Positions 25,090 to 33,988 of a stretch of 59,801 bases of DNA are shown here, in pieces. The translations under genes were made by a program, and so were the position numbers. The notes under the pieces were generated by a model. The model was not told where the DNA came from. It did no database searches and was given only the letters and a program-made list of their open reading frames with translations. This stretch comes from a virus: positions 1 to 59,801 of IMG/VR virus record IMGVR_UViG_3300045988_116587; one strand, written 5' to 3'. How positions within the stretch are numbered: position 1 is the stretch's first letter; each line of letters opens with the position of its first letter.

Positions 25090-26628
25090 ATGGCAAAAGT
25101 AATTTTTAACGATTGGATTCGTGTAGCGTATCAGGAATACAGAAAAGCCGGTATGACACCAGAGGGGGCAGCTGGTATGTTAGGAAACCAGTATGCGGAA
25201 TCGGCTGGATTTCTGGCGAACCGATTGGAGTTCTTGTGCGTGAAACGATATAAGCAAAAAGGGAAAGTGTACACAGATGACAGTTATACACAGGCTGTGG
25301 ACTCTGGCAAGATTTCCCGGGCAGAATTCCTTTGCCCGATGGGAAAACACTACGGCTACGGATTATCCCAGTGGACAACCTCTGATCGCAAAGCTGGGCT
25401 GTATGATCTGGCAAAGAAAAAGGGCGTGTCTATCGGAGATCCGGCTATGCAGATTGAGTACACAATGTCGGAACTGAAAAAGAAATTTCCGACTACATTC
25501 AAATATCTTTGTTCGGTAACTGACACAAAAAAAGCATCTGACTATGTTTTGGAACACTATGAATCCCCAAAAAACTGGCAAAATCTTAGCACAACCAGAG
25601 CGGACTACGCAAAACAGATCTACAACGAGATGCAGAAAGGAAAAACTATGGGAATTGACAATATCATCAAAAAAGAACGGGAATACGGTAATATGCCGTA
25701 CATGGAAACCGGAAAGAACCACCAGAAATTCTCGGATATCGTAAACAATGTCGGTCTGGCTGGCTGTCAGGATCAGCCATGGTGTGCTACCTATCAGTTC
25801 GCCATGGAAGTAGAAGAATTCGGAAAAGCAGAAGCGTTGAAGCACTGGTGCATGACCGAAAAGAACTACTGCGGTTACAGTGTTTTCTCAACAGAAGCCA
25901 TGTTCCGGGCAGCTGGGAAACTGGGAAGCACTCCAAAAATCGGCGCGTTGGTAATCTTCCGTCAGTCTCACATGGGAAGAGTACTCAGTATCGACAGCAA
26001 AAACAAGACCTTTGAGTGTGGCGAGGGCAACACCAGTAACAAGAAATATGAAAGAAACGGTGATTCTTGCGCTGTTAAGACTTATTCTTGGACGGACAGA
26101 AAAATCAAATCGTTCTGCTATATTGACTATGGCACTGAAAAAGAAACCGAACCGGCTCAGCCAACAGTGAAACCGGTGACGAAACCGGACACGCCCGTGA
26201 AAACTCTTGGAAATGTTGGAAAAGGTCAGAAATGGCTGAACGCCAACTATGGAAGCACACTGAAAAAATATCTGAAAGAGATTCTGGAAGTAGATGACAG
26301 CTTCGGGAAAAAGAGCAGAGCTGCAGCTGTGTGTGTCTGGAAAGACCTGTGTAACCGCAAATACAAAGCAAAGCTGGATCCGTCCAACAGTAACTTCCTG
26401 TCTTCCTGCAAGAAAGCGGCAAAAAAGGTAGTTATAAAAAAAGGAGCATCCGGCACGTTCGTATACCTGATTGAATTCATTCTGTCAGCGAAAGGTTACT
26501 ATACCGGAGCGATGGATGCCAGCTTCGGATCCGGTCTGCAGGCTGCGGTCAAGGCGTTTCAGAAAGCAGTCGGTTTGAAAGCTGATGGAATAGTCGGGGC
26601 TGAAACTTGGTACAAGTTGTTTAATTGA
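25090..26628 (+). CDS. Endolysin: N-terminal phage-lysozyme-like domain + CHAP-like domain + two PG_binding_1-like repeats
   Basis: ATG 25090 follows GGAG. Motifs GMLGNQYAESAG...YGLSQWT, CQDQPWCATYQ...FRQSHMGRV, and C-terminal GYYTGAMDASFGSGLQAAVKAFQKAVGLKADGIVGAETW. Confidence 0.85.
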   Translation: MAKVIFNDWIRVAYQEYRKAGMTPEGAAGMLGNQYAESAGFLANRLEFLCVKRYKQKGKVYTDDSYTQAVDSGKISRAEFLCPMGKHYGYGLSQWTTSDRKAGLYDLAKKKGVSIGDPAMQIEYTMSELKKKFPTTFKYLCSVTDTKKASDYVLEHYESPKNWQNLSTTRADYAKQIYNEMQKGKTMGIDNIIKKEREYGNMPYMETGKNHQKFSDIVNNVGLAGCQDQPWCATYQFAMEVEEFGKAEALKHWCMTEKNYCGYSVFSTEAMFRAAGKLGSTPKIGALVIFRQSHMGRVLSIDSKNKTFECGEGNTSNKKYERNGDSCAVKTYSWTDRKIKSFCYIDYGTEKETEPAQPTVKPVTKPDTPVKTLGNVGKGQKWLNANYGSTLKKYLKEILEVDDSFGKKSRAAAVCVWKDLCNRKYKAKLDPSNSNFLSSCKKAAKKVVIKKGASGTFVYLIEFILSAKGYYTGAMDASFGSGLQAAVKAFQKAVGLKADGIVGAETWYKLFN

Positions 26629-26659
26629 GTTGTTTAAACTCATTATTCAATTGAAATAA

Positions 26660-26690
26660 AAGAGGACGATGTTCCCGGCACCGTCCTCTT
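26660..26690. terminator. Hairpin terminator between convergent endolysin and repressor genes (U-tract on the minus strand)
   Basis: 9-bp stem AAGAGGACG / CGTCCTCTT. An A-run lies 5' on the + strand, which is a T-run on the - strand. Confidence 0.6.
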
Positions 26691-26760
26691 AAAAGGGGAA
26701 TTAATCCTTGATCGAATTAACCGCACTTATCATATCATAAAATCGTATATTATACAAATC

Positions 26761-27363
26761 TTATTTTCTTTTTGTAGTTCCTACCATAGTATATCCATTT
26801 TGTTTACCGGAAGCTGCGGTTTTTCCTCTCTCAAGAGCAGCAGAAAGGGAATTTATATCCGGTGCAATCTGTCCCGTTCCTACCAACTCTCCTCGTTCGT
26901 GTTCCATGAGGTAATTATCAAGAACCAACCGGCAGACATTTACTCTTGATTTCATCGTACAATGATTGTGTGCCGTCAGCATGTTTAACTGTTCATGCCA
27001 TGAAGAACCTGTATTTCCAAACATGCAGTAGGCTAGTTGAAGAAAATCTCTCTCGGAAAACTGAGTGTTAATATACATGGTAATACATTTCTTGACCGTG
27101 TCCAGATCAGATTTATCAATTGACATGGTAAAATCTTTATATTTGTACTCTAATATGTAACTATCCATATTTAATCCTAATGTATCAAACCACTTTTCTA
27201 ATGTTCGGTATCCTGGTTCGCTGATTCCGGATTCCCAATTTTGAATGGTATTTACAGACTTATGTAATGCCTGAGCCATATAACGTTGCGTTTTTCCAGC
27301 ATCATTTCTCGACTTTGCCAGCATATTCCCGAAAATTTGCGACTTTTCCGCTTCTGATAACAT
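26761..27363 (-). CDS. XRE-family HTH repressor-like protein with C-terminal domain of unknown function
   Basis: 200-aa ORF. N-terminal HTH KTQRYMAQALHKSVNTIQNWESG. Confidence 0.75.
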   Translation of the reverse strand: MLSEAEKSQIFGNMLAKSRNDAGKTQRYMAQALHKSVNTIQNWESGISEPGYRTLEKWFDTLGLNMDSYILEYKYKDFTMSIDKSDLDTVKKCITMYINTQFSERDFLQLAYCMFGNTGSSWHEQLNMLTAHNHCTMKSRVNVCRLVLDNYLMEHERGELVGTGQIAPDINSLSAALERGKTAASGKQNGYTMVGTTKRK

Positions 27364-27492
27364 AGAAAATTCCCCCTTTTTATCAAAAACAGACTGAAAA
27401 AATTATGTGTGTAATCAACAAAATTTCACCAAATACATATTTGAAATACAGATGTATAATATCTACATCATTAAAAGATGGAGGTAGACAAT

Positions 27493-27738
27493 ATGCAGGA
27501 GTACTTAACACAGACGATAAGAGATTTTTTTAAATTACGCCCGATAATTGGTGAGAAAGAGTACACTATTCAGATTAGTGCATATCTCCAAACTTTTATA
27601 CCTAGAGATAAAAATAGTGCATTTAACATTATTCCATTGCAAATGTACCAAAGTGCAACAGAACTGGCAAGAGATATCTGCAAAGTTCTTGAAAAAACGT
27701 TCGACAAACCGGAACAAAACCGGAAAGAAACAGTATAG
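27493..27738 (+). CDS. Hypothetical protein divergent from the 26761..27363 repressor
   Basis: ATG 27493 is 8 nt after GGAGG, in frame with tracked ORF 27478..27738. Confidence 0.5.
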   Translation: MQEYLTQTIRDFFKLRPIIGEKEYTIQISAYLQTFIPRDKNSAFNIIPLQMYQSATELARDICKVLEKTFDKPEQNRKETV

Positions 27739-27816
27739 TATTGACAAAATAGAACACACGTTCTATAATTTTTGTATCGCTACTGAGTGTCGTGCTGAAT
27801 TTTGGGAGGGATTTGT

Positions 27817-27939
27817 GTGGATGAGAACAGTCAAAAATTAAAGTTGCAGCTGATTGATATGATTGATAAAATTGAAAATGCAGGTACTATTACATACCTG
27901 CATACATTCATAAAACTTTTTTTAGAGAAATGGGGGTAG
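27817..27939 (+). CDS. 40-aa protein, paralogue of 52277..52411
   Basis: GTG 27817 follows GGGAGGG. VDENSQKLKLQLIDMIDKIENAGTITYLHTFIKLFLEKWG aligns with MDNRQKLHQMIDSISSDGTLAYLETFIRLFIDKF. Confidence 0.45.
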   Translation: MDENSQKLKLQLIDMIDKIENAGTITYLHTFIKLFLEKWG

Positions 27940-27943
27940 CACC

Positions 27944-28315
27944 TCATTTCTTTTTTCTTGCTAAAAGAGAATCAATAAAGCCTATAACGATTTCTTTTTC
28001 ATTATCATCCAGCAAAGAATATTTGTAATAGATGTCAAAATCGCTTTCGGCAGCGGAAATGGTATCTTTCCTCATCGGGGAAACATCGAATCCCATGAGC
28101 CATGCCTCAGTAACACCAAGTGCCATTCCTAAAATAACAAGTTTTTCTTGACTGGGTTCGACTTTTCCAGATACATATTGACTAATGTCTGATTTGTTCA
28201 TTTTTACGTTGTACTTAGAGCAAAACGGCAACGACTTATTCAATATATCTACCTGTTTTAAGTTCCTCTTTTGCATGATTTCTTTTAACCTGTCTGCTGT
28301 ACTGCAACACTTCAT
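27944..28315 (-). CDS. CI-like XRE-family repressor
   Basis: ATG at 28315 follows AGGAGG. HTH LKQVDILNKS...SQYVSGKVEPS. Divergent from a Cro-like gene. Confidence 0.8.
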   Translation of the reverse strand: MKCCSTADRLKEIMQKRNLKQVDILNKSLPFCSKYNVKMNKSDISQYVSGKVEPSQEKLVILGMALGVTEAWLMGFDVSPMRKDTISAAESDFDIYYKYSLLDDNEKEIVIGFIDSLLARKKK

Positions 28316-28338
28316 TTCTTTTCCTCCTTTCAAGTAAG

Positions 28339-28367
28339 AATATACCACAATTTGAACAAAAGTTCAA
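28339..28367 (-). promoter_or_regulatory. Putative repressor-maintenance promoter (minus strand): TTGAAC -17- TGgTATATT
   Basis: On the minus strand, -35 is at 28367-28362 and -10 at 28344-28339 with an extended TG. The -35 lies inside the operator palindrome. Confidence 0.5.
28352..28367. promoter_or_regulatory. Operator-like palindrome TTGAAC-aaaa-GTTCAA
   Basis: Perfect 6+6 inverted repeat in the divergent intergenic region. Confidence 0.55.
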
Positions 28368-28407
28368 CAGTTAAAACATAAAAATTCAAAAATTTTAACT
28401 TTTTATA

Positions 28408-28436
28408 TTGACAAATAATATTCACGGATATATACT
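28408..28436 (+). promoter_or_regulatory. Early rightward promoter TTGACA -17- TATACT
   Basis: -35 at 28408-28413, 17-nt spacer, -10 at 28431-28436, upstream of the Cro-like gene. Confidence 0.65.
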
Positions 28437-28443
28437 ACAAGTA

Positions 28444-28459
28444 GTTCAAAGAATTGAAC
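28444..28459. promoter_or_regulatory. Operator-like palindrome GTTCAA-agaa-TTGAAC
   Basis: Same half-sites as 28352-28367 in inverted order, placed just downstream of the early promoter -10. Confidence 0.55.
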
Positions 28460-28484
28460 TTACAAAACAGAAAGGAGTGAAAAT

Positions 28485-28709
28485 ATGGCTTTTGATTATA
28501 GTAAGTTAAGAGGAAAAATCGTGGAAAAATTTGGAACACAAACCGAGTTTTCTAAAGCTATGAATCTGTCTGAGCGTACAATGTCGTTAAAACTTAATGG
28601 TGGACGAGCATGGAAACAGGACGAGATTTGCAGAGCGGTAGGATTGCTCGAACTTTCAAACGAAGATATCCAGGATTATTTTTTTACTCTAAAAGTTCAA
28701 AACATTTAA
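28485..28709 (+). CDS. Cro-like / DUF739-type HTH protein
   Basis: 74-aa ORF. KLRGKIVEKFGTQTEFSKAMNLSERTMSLKLNGGRAWKQDEI matches the DUF739 pattern (from memory). Confidence 0.7.
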   Translation: MAFDYSKLRGKIVEKFGTQTEFSKAMNLSERTMSLKLNGGRAWKQDEICRAVGLLELSNEDIQDYFFTLKVQNI

Positions 28710-28736
28710 CTTTATAAAAACATGAAAGGAGAATAT

Positions 28737-29480
28737 ATGGATGAATTGCTCAAAGTGAGCTACGAATCTGACGAGCCGAGGATATCAGCGAGAGAGTTAT
28801 ATAAAAATTTGGGAATCAGTAAAAGATTCTCTGCGTGGTTCGAAAGCAACTCACAAGGGTTTGCCGAAAAAGAAGATTACACCAGCGTACTCATAAGTAC
28901 GGAGGTTCAAAACAATGGTGGAATTCAGAAAAGGGAACTACAAGATTACTCATTGACTGTAGATATGGCGAAACACATCTGTCTAATGAGTAGGACGGAA
29001 AAAGGGAAGCAGTGTAGGCAATACCTGATTGATTTGGAAAAAGCCTGGAACACACCGGAACAGGTGATGGCAAGGGCACTGAAAATTGCCGACAAACAGA
29101 TTGAAGAGCTGAAAGAGAACAATCATCTGCTCGAACAGAAGATTGAACAGGACAGACCGAAGACTATTTTTGCTGATGCCGTCTCAGCCAGTGAAACATC
29201 AATCCTGGTCGGTGACTTGGCAAAGCTGATTTGCCAGAATGGTTACCAGATCGGACAAAAACGGTTGTTTGAATGGCTGAGACAGAATGGTTATCTGATG
29301 AAATGTGGTTCTTCAAGAAACATGCCAACACAAAGATATCTTGAACAGGGGTTGTTCGAGGTGAAAGAAAGCAACGTACAGAATCCAGATGGTTCTATCA
29401 GAATCACACGGACGACCAAAATCACCGGTCGTGGACAGCTGTACTTTGTGAACAAATTTTTAGGGAGGAAAGAAGAATGA
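28737..29480 (+). CDS. Antirepressor (AntA/AntB N-terminal + KilAC C-terminal domains)
   Basis: ATG 28737 follows AAGGAG. Motifs ISARELYKNLGISKRFSAWF and ILVGDLAKLI...KRLFEWLRQNGYL. Confidence 0.75.
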   Translation: MDELLKVSYESDEPRISARELYKNLGISKRFSAWFESNSQGFAEKEDYTSVLISTEVQNNGGIQKRELQDYSLTVDMAKHICLMSRTEKGKQCRQYLIDLEKAWNTPEQVMARALKIADKQIEELKENNHLLEQKIEQDRPKTIFADAVSASETSILVGDLAKLICQNGYQIGQKRLFEWLRQNGYLMKCGSSRNMPTQRYLEQGLFEVKESNVQNPDGSIRITRTTKITGRGQLYFVNKFLGRKEE

Positions 29481-30073
29481 GAAAATTTAAAGTTGGGGAA
29501 GAAGTAACCGTTAGAACATGGGAAGATATGAAGAAGACATATGGGGCTAAAAATGTCGTCCCTGTTTTTCCAAAAGAATCACTTTTTGGACTGATACTCA
29601 ATATACCGTCATCAAAAGAATATATCACTACACCGAAAATGCCGATTTTAGATATGATGAAACCGTACTGCGGAAGAAAGATGAAAATTGCAGAAGTTCG
29701 CAAAAACGATACCTATATTCTGGAAGGAACAGATATTCCGTATATATGGACGGCAGAAGCATTTGAAGAATTTTGGGAAAAAGAAGAGCCGGAAAGTCCG
29801 GAAGTAGAAGAAGAGAAAATGGATATGCCGAAGTTGGAAAACGGTATGGTGGTTGAATTAAGGAGTGGAAAACGGTTTTTAATTGTTGAATTCTCCGGAA
29901 AACAATTTTTACTTTCCAATAAATGGTGGTGCGACCTTAATAATATGGATTTTAAAACAGGAAAAAGCAGTTTTGATTCAACGTTCGATATTGTAAAAGT
30001 AATCAAACCGCATTGCCCTAATGCCCTGAAAGTTATAAAACGATCAGAGCGTATCATCTGGGAGGCTGAATGA
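29477..30073 (+). CDS. Hypothetical protein
   Basis: Tracked 198-aa ORF, translationally coupled (ATGA overlaps). Confidence 0.6.
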   Translation: MRKFKVGEEVTVRTWEDMKKTYGAKNVVPVFPKESLFGLILNIPSSKEYITTPKMPILDMMKPYCGRKMKIAEVRKNDTYILEGTDIPYIWTAEAFEEFWEKEEPESPEVEEEKMDMPKLENGMVVELRSGKRFLIVEFSGKQFLLSNKWWCDLNNMDFKTGKSSFDSTFDIVKVIKPHCPNALKVIKRSERIIWEAE

Positions 30074-30231
30074 GTCCGGGGAAACGGCTGACACTGGAGC
30101 AAAAGAAATGCGTGTCAGCACATTACCTGAATCCAAAAGAATGGATGCTGAAAGAAGAGACAGAGTTCTATTTGAAAATCATCCACAAAATCACTAGATA
30201 CGTAAAGATTATAGATAAATTCAGGAGGTAA
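30070..30231 (+). CDS. Hypothetical 53-aa protein (paralogue of 30233..30400)
   Basis: ATG overlaps the upstream TGA. Shares the LxxxQKxxVSxxxxNPxEW pattern with the next ORF. Confidence 0.45.
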   Translation: MSPGKRLTLEQKKCVSAHYLNPKEWMLKEETEFYLKIIHKITRYVKIIDKFRR

Positions 30232-30232
30232 C

Positions 30233-30400
30233 ATGAGAGGTTTAAATGCAGATCAGAAAATGATCGTTTCCACAGCAAATATGAACCCGGAAGAATGGAG
30301 AGCAGTTCATCAGGATGCATTGTATCTACATTTAATAAGAAGAGATGGCACGAAAAGAGCCATTCTGACAAATAAAGGGGAGGTTGTGGCACTTGTATGA
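30233..30400 (+). CDS. Hypothetical 55-aa protein (paralogue of 30070..30231)
   Basis: ATG 30233 follows AGGAGG. MRGLNADQKMIVSTANMNPEEW... Confidence 0.45.
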   Translation: MRGLNADQKMIVSTANMNPEEWRAVHQDALYLHLIRRDGTKRAILTNKGEVVALV

Positions 30401-30554
30401 ATTAGATAATGACTGGGGATCGGATGACGAAGAAGAAAGAATCTACTGTGATAGCTGCGGTGAAGAAATCCACCACGGGAATGTATATTACGAGATCAAC
30501 AACGAAAAGTTGTGTCCGGAGTGTATGAGAGATGAATATAGGAGGTTGGCTTAA
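30393..30554 (+). CDS. Small zinc-ribbon protein (start uncertain, TTG)
   Basis: Frame encodes YCDSCGEEI...x14...CPECM. GGGGAGG lies upstream. Confidence 0.35.
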   Translation: MYELDNDWGSDDEEERIYCDSCGEEIHHGNVYYEINNEKLCPECMRDEYRRLA

Positions 30555-30704
30555 ATGGCACAAATCATAATGGTATTCGGCAAACTGGAAATTCCATACG
30601 GAACGTACAGATTTAGTACCGATGCAGAAAAAAATAGGGTAAATGAACTGGCAATCAAAATCGGAGAGGAAAGAGAGTGCCAGACATTTGTAAGGGAGCT
30701 GTGA
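30555..30704 (+). CDS. Hypothetical 49-aa protein
   Basis: ATG immediately after the upstream TAA. Ends 1 nt before the exonuclease start. Confidence 0.4.
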   Translation: MAQIIMVFGKLEIPYGTYRFSTDAEKNRVNELAIKIGEERECQTFVREL

Positions 30705-30705
30705 T

Positions 30706-31518
30706 ATGGCAGGAGCAAAGATACCACAAAGTGAGTACCGGTCACATCCGGCAATCAGCAAATCAGACCTGTTCAAGATCACGAAATCGCCATTGCATTT
30801 TAAATGGGCGATGGAAAATAGAGAAGACAAGACACCGGCACTCGTGTTTGGCAGCGCGTGTCACAAATATGTTCTCGAAAAAGAGGATTTTGACAAAGAA
30901 TTTGCTGTGATGCCGGATGTCAACCGGCGAACGAAAGCGGGAAGAGAAGAATATGAAGAGTTTCTGGCAGTGAATGGCGGGAAAGATGTAATCTCACCGG
31001 ATGATTTTGAGAAAATTGTGACAATGGCAGCAGTTGTCCATAAAAATAAGTTCGCTGACAGGCTGTTACAGGGCGAACACGAAATCTCTTTCTTTTGGAC
31101 GGATGAAGCAACGGGAGAAGAGTGCAAGTGCCGTCCAGACGATATCGTAGTGATCGGAGATCAACACATTTTGGTTGATTACAAAACTACCGACAATGCA
31201 GAAACAGAAGCATTCCGGTCATCAGCGATTAAATATGGATACGATCTGCAAGCAGGTATGTATCTTGAGGGGTACAAAGCGAACACCGGTCAGGATGCAA
31301 TTTTCCTGTTTATCGCGCAGGAAAAGAAAGAGCCGTATGCAATCAATATTTTGCAAGCGGATGAATTCATGGTGAAAGAGGGAAAACAGTTATTCCATGA
31401 CCTGATGGATATTTACCATGAGTGCAAGGTAACAGACAACTGGTACGGCTACATGGGTGAATCTGGAGATATTCAGAATCTCGGATTGCCGAAGTGGTTA
31501 CAGAAAGAATTTGAGTAG
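30706..31518 (+). CDS. PD-(D/E)XK recombination exonuclease
   Basis: 270-aa ORF. Motifs GSACHKYVLE, RPDDIVV...ILVDYKTT (D...D/ExK). Partner of the downstream RecT. Confidence 0.75.
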   Translation: MAGAKIPQSEYRSHPAISKSDLFKITKSPLHFKWAMENREDKTPALVFGSACHKYVLEKEDFDKEFAVMPDVNRRTKAGREEYEEFLAVNGGKDVISPDDFEKIVTMAAVVHKNKFADRLLQGEHEISFFWTDEATGEECKCRPDDIVVIGDQHILVDYKTTDNAETEAFRSSAIKYGYDLQAGMYLEGYKANTGQDAIFLFIAQEKKEPYAINILQADEFMVKEGKQLFHDLMDIYHECKVTDNWYGYMGESGDIQNLGLPKWLQKEFE

Positions 31519-31530
31519 GAGGAAAGAAAA

Positions 31531-32142
31531 ATAGGAAGACCGTACAACGATTTACACGGAAAGAGAGTTGGATCCCTTACAGTTTTAAATATTAGTGGCA
31601 AAAATTTAAAAAACAATGAATACCTATGGTCTTGTGTGTGTGATTGTGGAAGTAAAATAATAGTTTCTTCAAGTAGGCTCAACAAAGGAAGAATAAAAAG
31701 TTGCGGCTGCCACAAAGGAGAAAACTTTAAAAAGCATGGATTCTATGGAACAAGAATACATAGAATCTGGACAAGTATGAGAGAAAGATGTGACAAAAAC
31801 GTAGGAGCTTATTCTGGAATTACATACTGTGATGACTGGAAAGAGTTTATTCCTTTTTATGAATGGGCCATTAAAAATGGATACGCAGACAATTTGACGT
31901 TGGATAGAATTGACGTTTATGGAAATTACAGCGCAGAAAATTGTAGGTGGGTAACTCAAAAAGTTCAGCAAAATAACAGAAGAAATAATACCATTTATAA
32001 ATTTGGTGAAGAAATACACACTCTATCAGAATGGTCGGATATAACAGGTATTAGTAGAAGTACGATAAGCGCAAGGATTTTAAAATTGAAATGGAGTGTT
32101 GAAAAAGCATTAACCACTCCAGTAAAAGGAGGAAAGACATGA
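31531..32142 (+). CDS. AP2/HNH-associated DNA-binding (homing-endonuclease-like) protein; apparent ATA start or readthrough
   Basis: The conserved family N-terminus (GRPYNDLHGKRVGSLTVL...CVCDCG...SCGC) lies upstream of the first canonical start (31636). ATA 31531 is 8 nt after AGGAGG. Also contains LTLDRIDVYGNYSAENCRWVT. Confidence 0.55.
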   Translation: MGRPYNDLHGKRVGSLTVLNISGKNLKNNEYLWSCVCDCGSKIIVSSSRLNKGRIKSCGCHKGENFKKHGFYGTRIHRIWTSMRERCDKNVGAYSGITYCDDWKEFIPFYEWAIKNGYADNLTLDRIDVYGNYSAENCRWVTQKVQQNNRRNNTIYKFGEEIHTLSEWSDITGISRSTISARILKLKWSVEKALTTPVKGGKT

Positions 32143-32984
32143 AAAAAGAATTAATTTTAGAAAAAACGCTGGAAAATACTCCTAGGTTCGATGAAATCAA
32201 CCAGGGAACTGTTGCAGTAGAATCTAGCAGAGCAATTACAGAGGCACAAGGAAAATTGCTACTGGCAAAACATTTTCCGAGGGATTATACACATGCTTAT
32301 GCAAAGGCGATGGAAGCGTGCCAGAGAAAAGGCTTTGCTGAAAAAGCATTTTATTCTTTCCCTAGAGGAAAAGAAACGGTAACTGGCGTAACCATTCGTT
32401 TCGCGGAAGTTCTGGCAGCTTGTTACGGAAATGTAGATTATGGGATTAAAGAATTGTCTCACGAGGAAGGTAGATCAGAGATGCAGGCGTACGCATGGGA
32501 TCTGGAAACAAACACGGTTTCAAGTCAAAACTTTACAGTTGAACATGTGAGAGAAACTAAGTTCGGAAATAATAAGCTAACTTCGCAAAGAGACATTTAC
32601 GAAAAAACAGCAAATGATGGAGCAAGAAGAATGAGAAGTCGGATATTGGCGATTCTCCCACCTGATATGATTGAGGACTGCATCGCTGAATGTAAAAAAA
32701 CTCTTTCTGGTGGAAATTCTGTGCCACTTGCAGACCGTATCAAGCAGCTGGTTGTCTACTTCCAGAAGAAAGGTGTCACTCAGGAGATGCTTGAAAAACG
32801 TCTGAATCACAAGGTAGAAGCAATGTCACCAGAAGAAGTTTCTGATTACATTGGCATCTATAACGGTATTAATCAGAAAGAAACCACCGTCTCTGACTGG
32901 TTTGAGCAGCCGAAGACAGCGAGCCAGATTTCCGAATTGATGAAAGCTGAGGAAGAAGAGAAAGAAAAAGGTGATAAGAAGTGA
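32139..32984 (+). CDS. recT: RecT-family single-strand annealing protein
   Basis: 281-aa ORF with a RecT-like core (YSFPRGKETVTGVTIRFAEVLA..., AYAWDLETN...). Adjacent to the exonuclease. Confidence 0.8.
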   Translation: MKKELILEKTLENTPRFDEINQGTVAVESSRAITEAQGKLLLAKHFPRDYTHAYAKAMEACQRKGFAEKAFYSFPRGKETVTGVTIRFAEVLAACYGNVDYGIKELSHEEGRSEMQAYAWDLETNTVSSQNFTVEHVRETKFGNNKLTSQRDIYEKTANDGARRMRSRILAILPPDMIEDCIAECKKTLSGGNSVPLADRIKQLVVYFQKKGVTQEMLEKRLNHKVEAMSPEEVSDYIGIYNGINQKETTVSDWFEQPKTASQISELMKAEEEEKEKGDKK

Positions 32985-33379
32985 AATACCATGTGACTGT
33001 AAAAGGATTCAAGAGCGGGTTAAATGAACTTTTGTCCGGTAAGATATACGATTACCGGACAAAGAAATATAGAAATCCGGTAAAAAACAGAAACGATGCA
33101 CTGTGTGCGAAATTCATTAAGTTGAGTAAAGAATTAAGTGGTATTCAAATTTACAAACCTGTAATTATCCATTATGCATTTTTTGTAGAAAATAAGATGC
33201 ATGATCGCATGAACACGGCATCAGCTTTTATCAAATCATTCGAGGATGCCCTACAGAAATGTAAAGTTATCCGAAATGATGGCTATGATGATGTGTTGAC
33301 TCCTACTCTTGAATTTGCGATTGACAAACAAAACCCAAGAGTAGAAGTGATAATCGAGGAGGTAGAAGAAAATGAATAA
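32981..33379 (+). CDS. RusA-like Holliday junction resolvase (putative)
   Basis: 132-aa ORF. The SFEDALQKCKVIRNDGYDDV segment resembles the RusA D..N..K...DAL...DD motif. Confidence 0.5.
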   Translation: MKYHVTVKGFKSGLNELLSGKIYDYRTKKYRNPVKNRNDALCAKFIKLSKELSGIQIYKPVIIHYAFFVENKMHDRMNTASAFIKSFEDALQKCKVIRNDGYDDVLTPTLEFAIDKQNPRVEVIIEEVEENE

Positions 33380-33812
33380 AGTTATTTTATTAGGGCGATT
33401 AGTAAGAGATCCTGAAACCAGATACGGCGGTGCAAACGATAGCATGGCGGTATGTAGATACACACTGGCGGTTGACAAGAAATTTAAGAAAGACGGCGAA
33501 GCTACAGCGGATTTTATTAACTGCATATCGTTTGGGAAAATTGCTGAATTTGCCGAGAAATACTTCACAAAAGGTTTAAGAGTCGCTGTCTCAGGAAGAA
33601 TCCAGACAGGAAGCTACACAAACAGAGATGGTCAGAAAGTCTATACCACAGATGTTGCTGTTGAGGAACATGAGATTGCACAAAGTAGATCAGAAGCAAG
33701 TAATCAGCAGGATAGTAATCGGCAGCCGGAAATTTCACCGTATGGTAAAGATAAAGACAATGGATTTATGAACATTCCGGACGGCATAGATGATGAACTT
33801 CCATTCAGTTAG
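33372..33812 (+). CDS. ssb: Single-stranded DNA-binding protein
   Basis: MNKVILLGRLVRDPETRY... OB-fold N-terminus and acidic tail DDELPFS. Confidence 0.9.
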   Translation: MNKVILLGRLVRDPETRYGGANDSMAVCRYTLAVDKKFKKDGEATADFINCISFGKIAEFAEKYFTKGLRVAVSGRIQTGSYTNRDGQKVYTTDVAVEEHEIAQSRSEASNQQDSNRQPEISPYGKDKDNGFMNIPDGIDDELPFS

Positions 33813-33988
33813 GAGGCGGTTACATGGTAAAGAATATCATAATTTCCATCTTGACAGCAGTTATCATACAGCCGCTCTGGAAATATGCGTATTTGCCAAA
33901 AGATATATTTTGCACATTCTTGATAAGTTTCTTGTGCGTATTCTTTGCTGTGGATAATTTGGAAGAATTCTTGAAAGGGGTGAACAAA

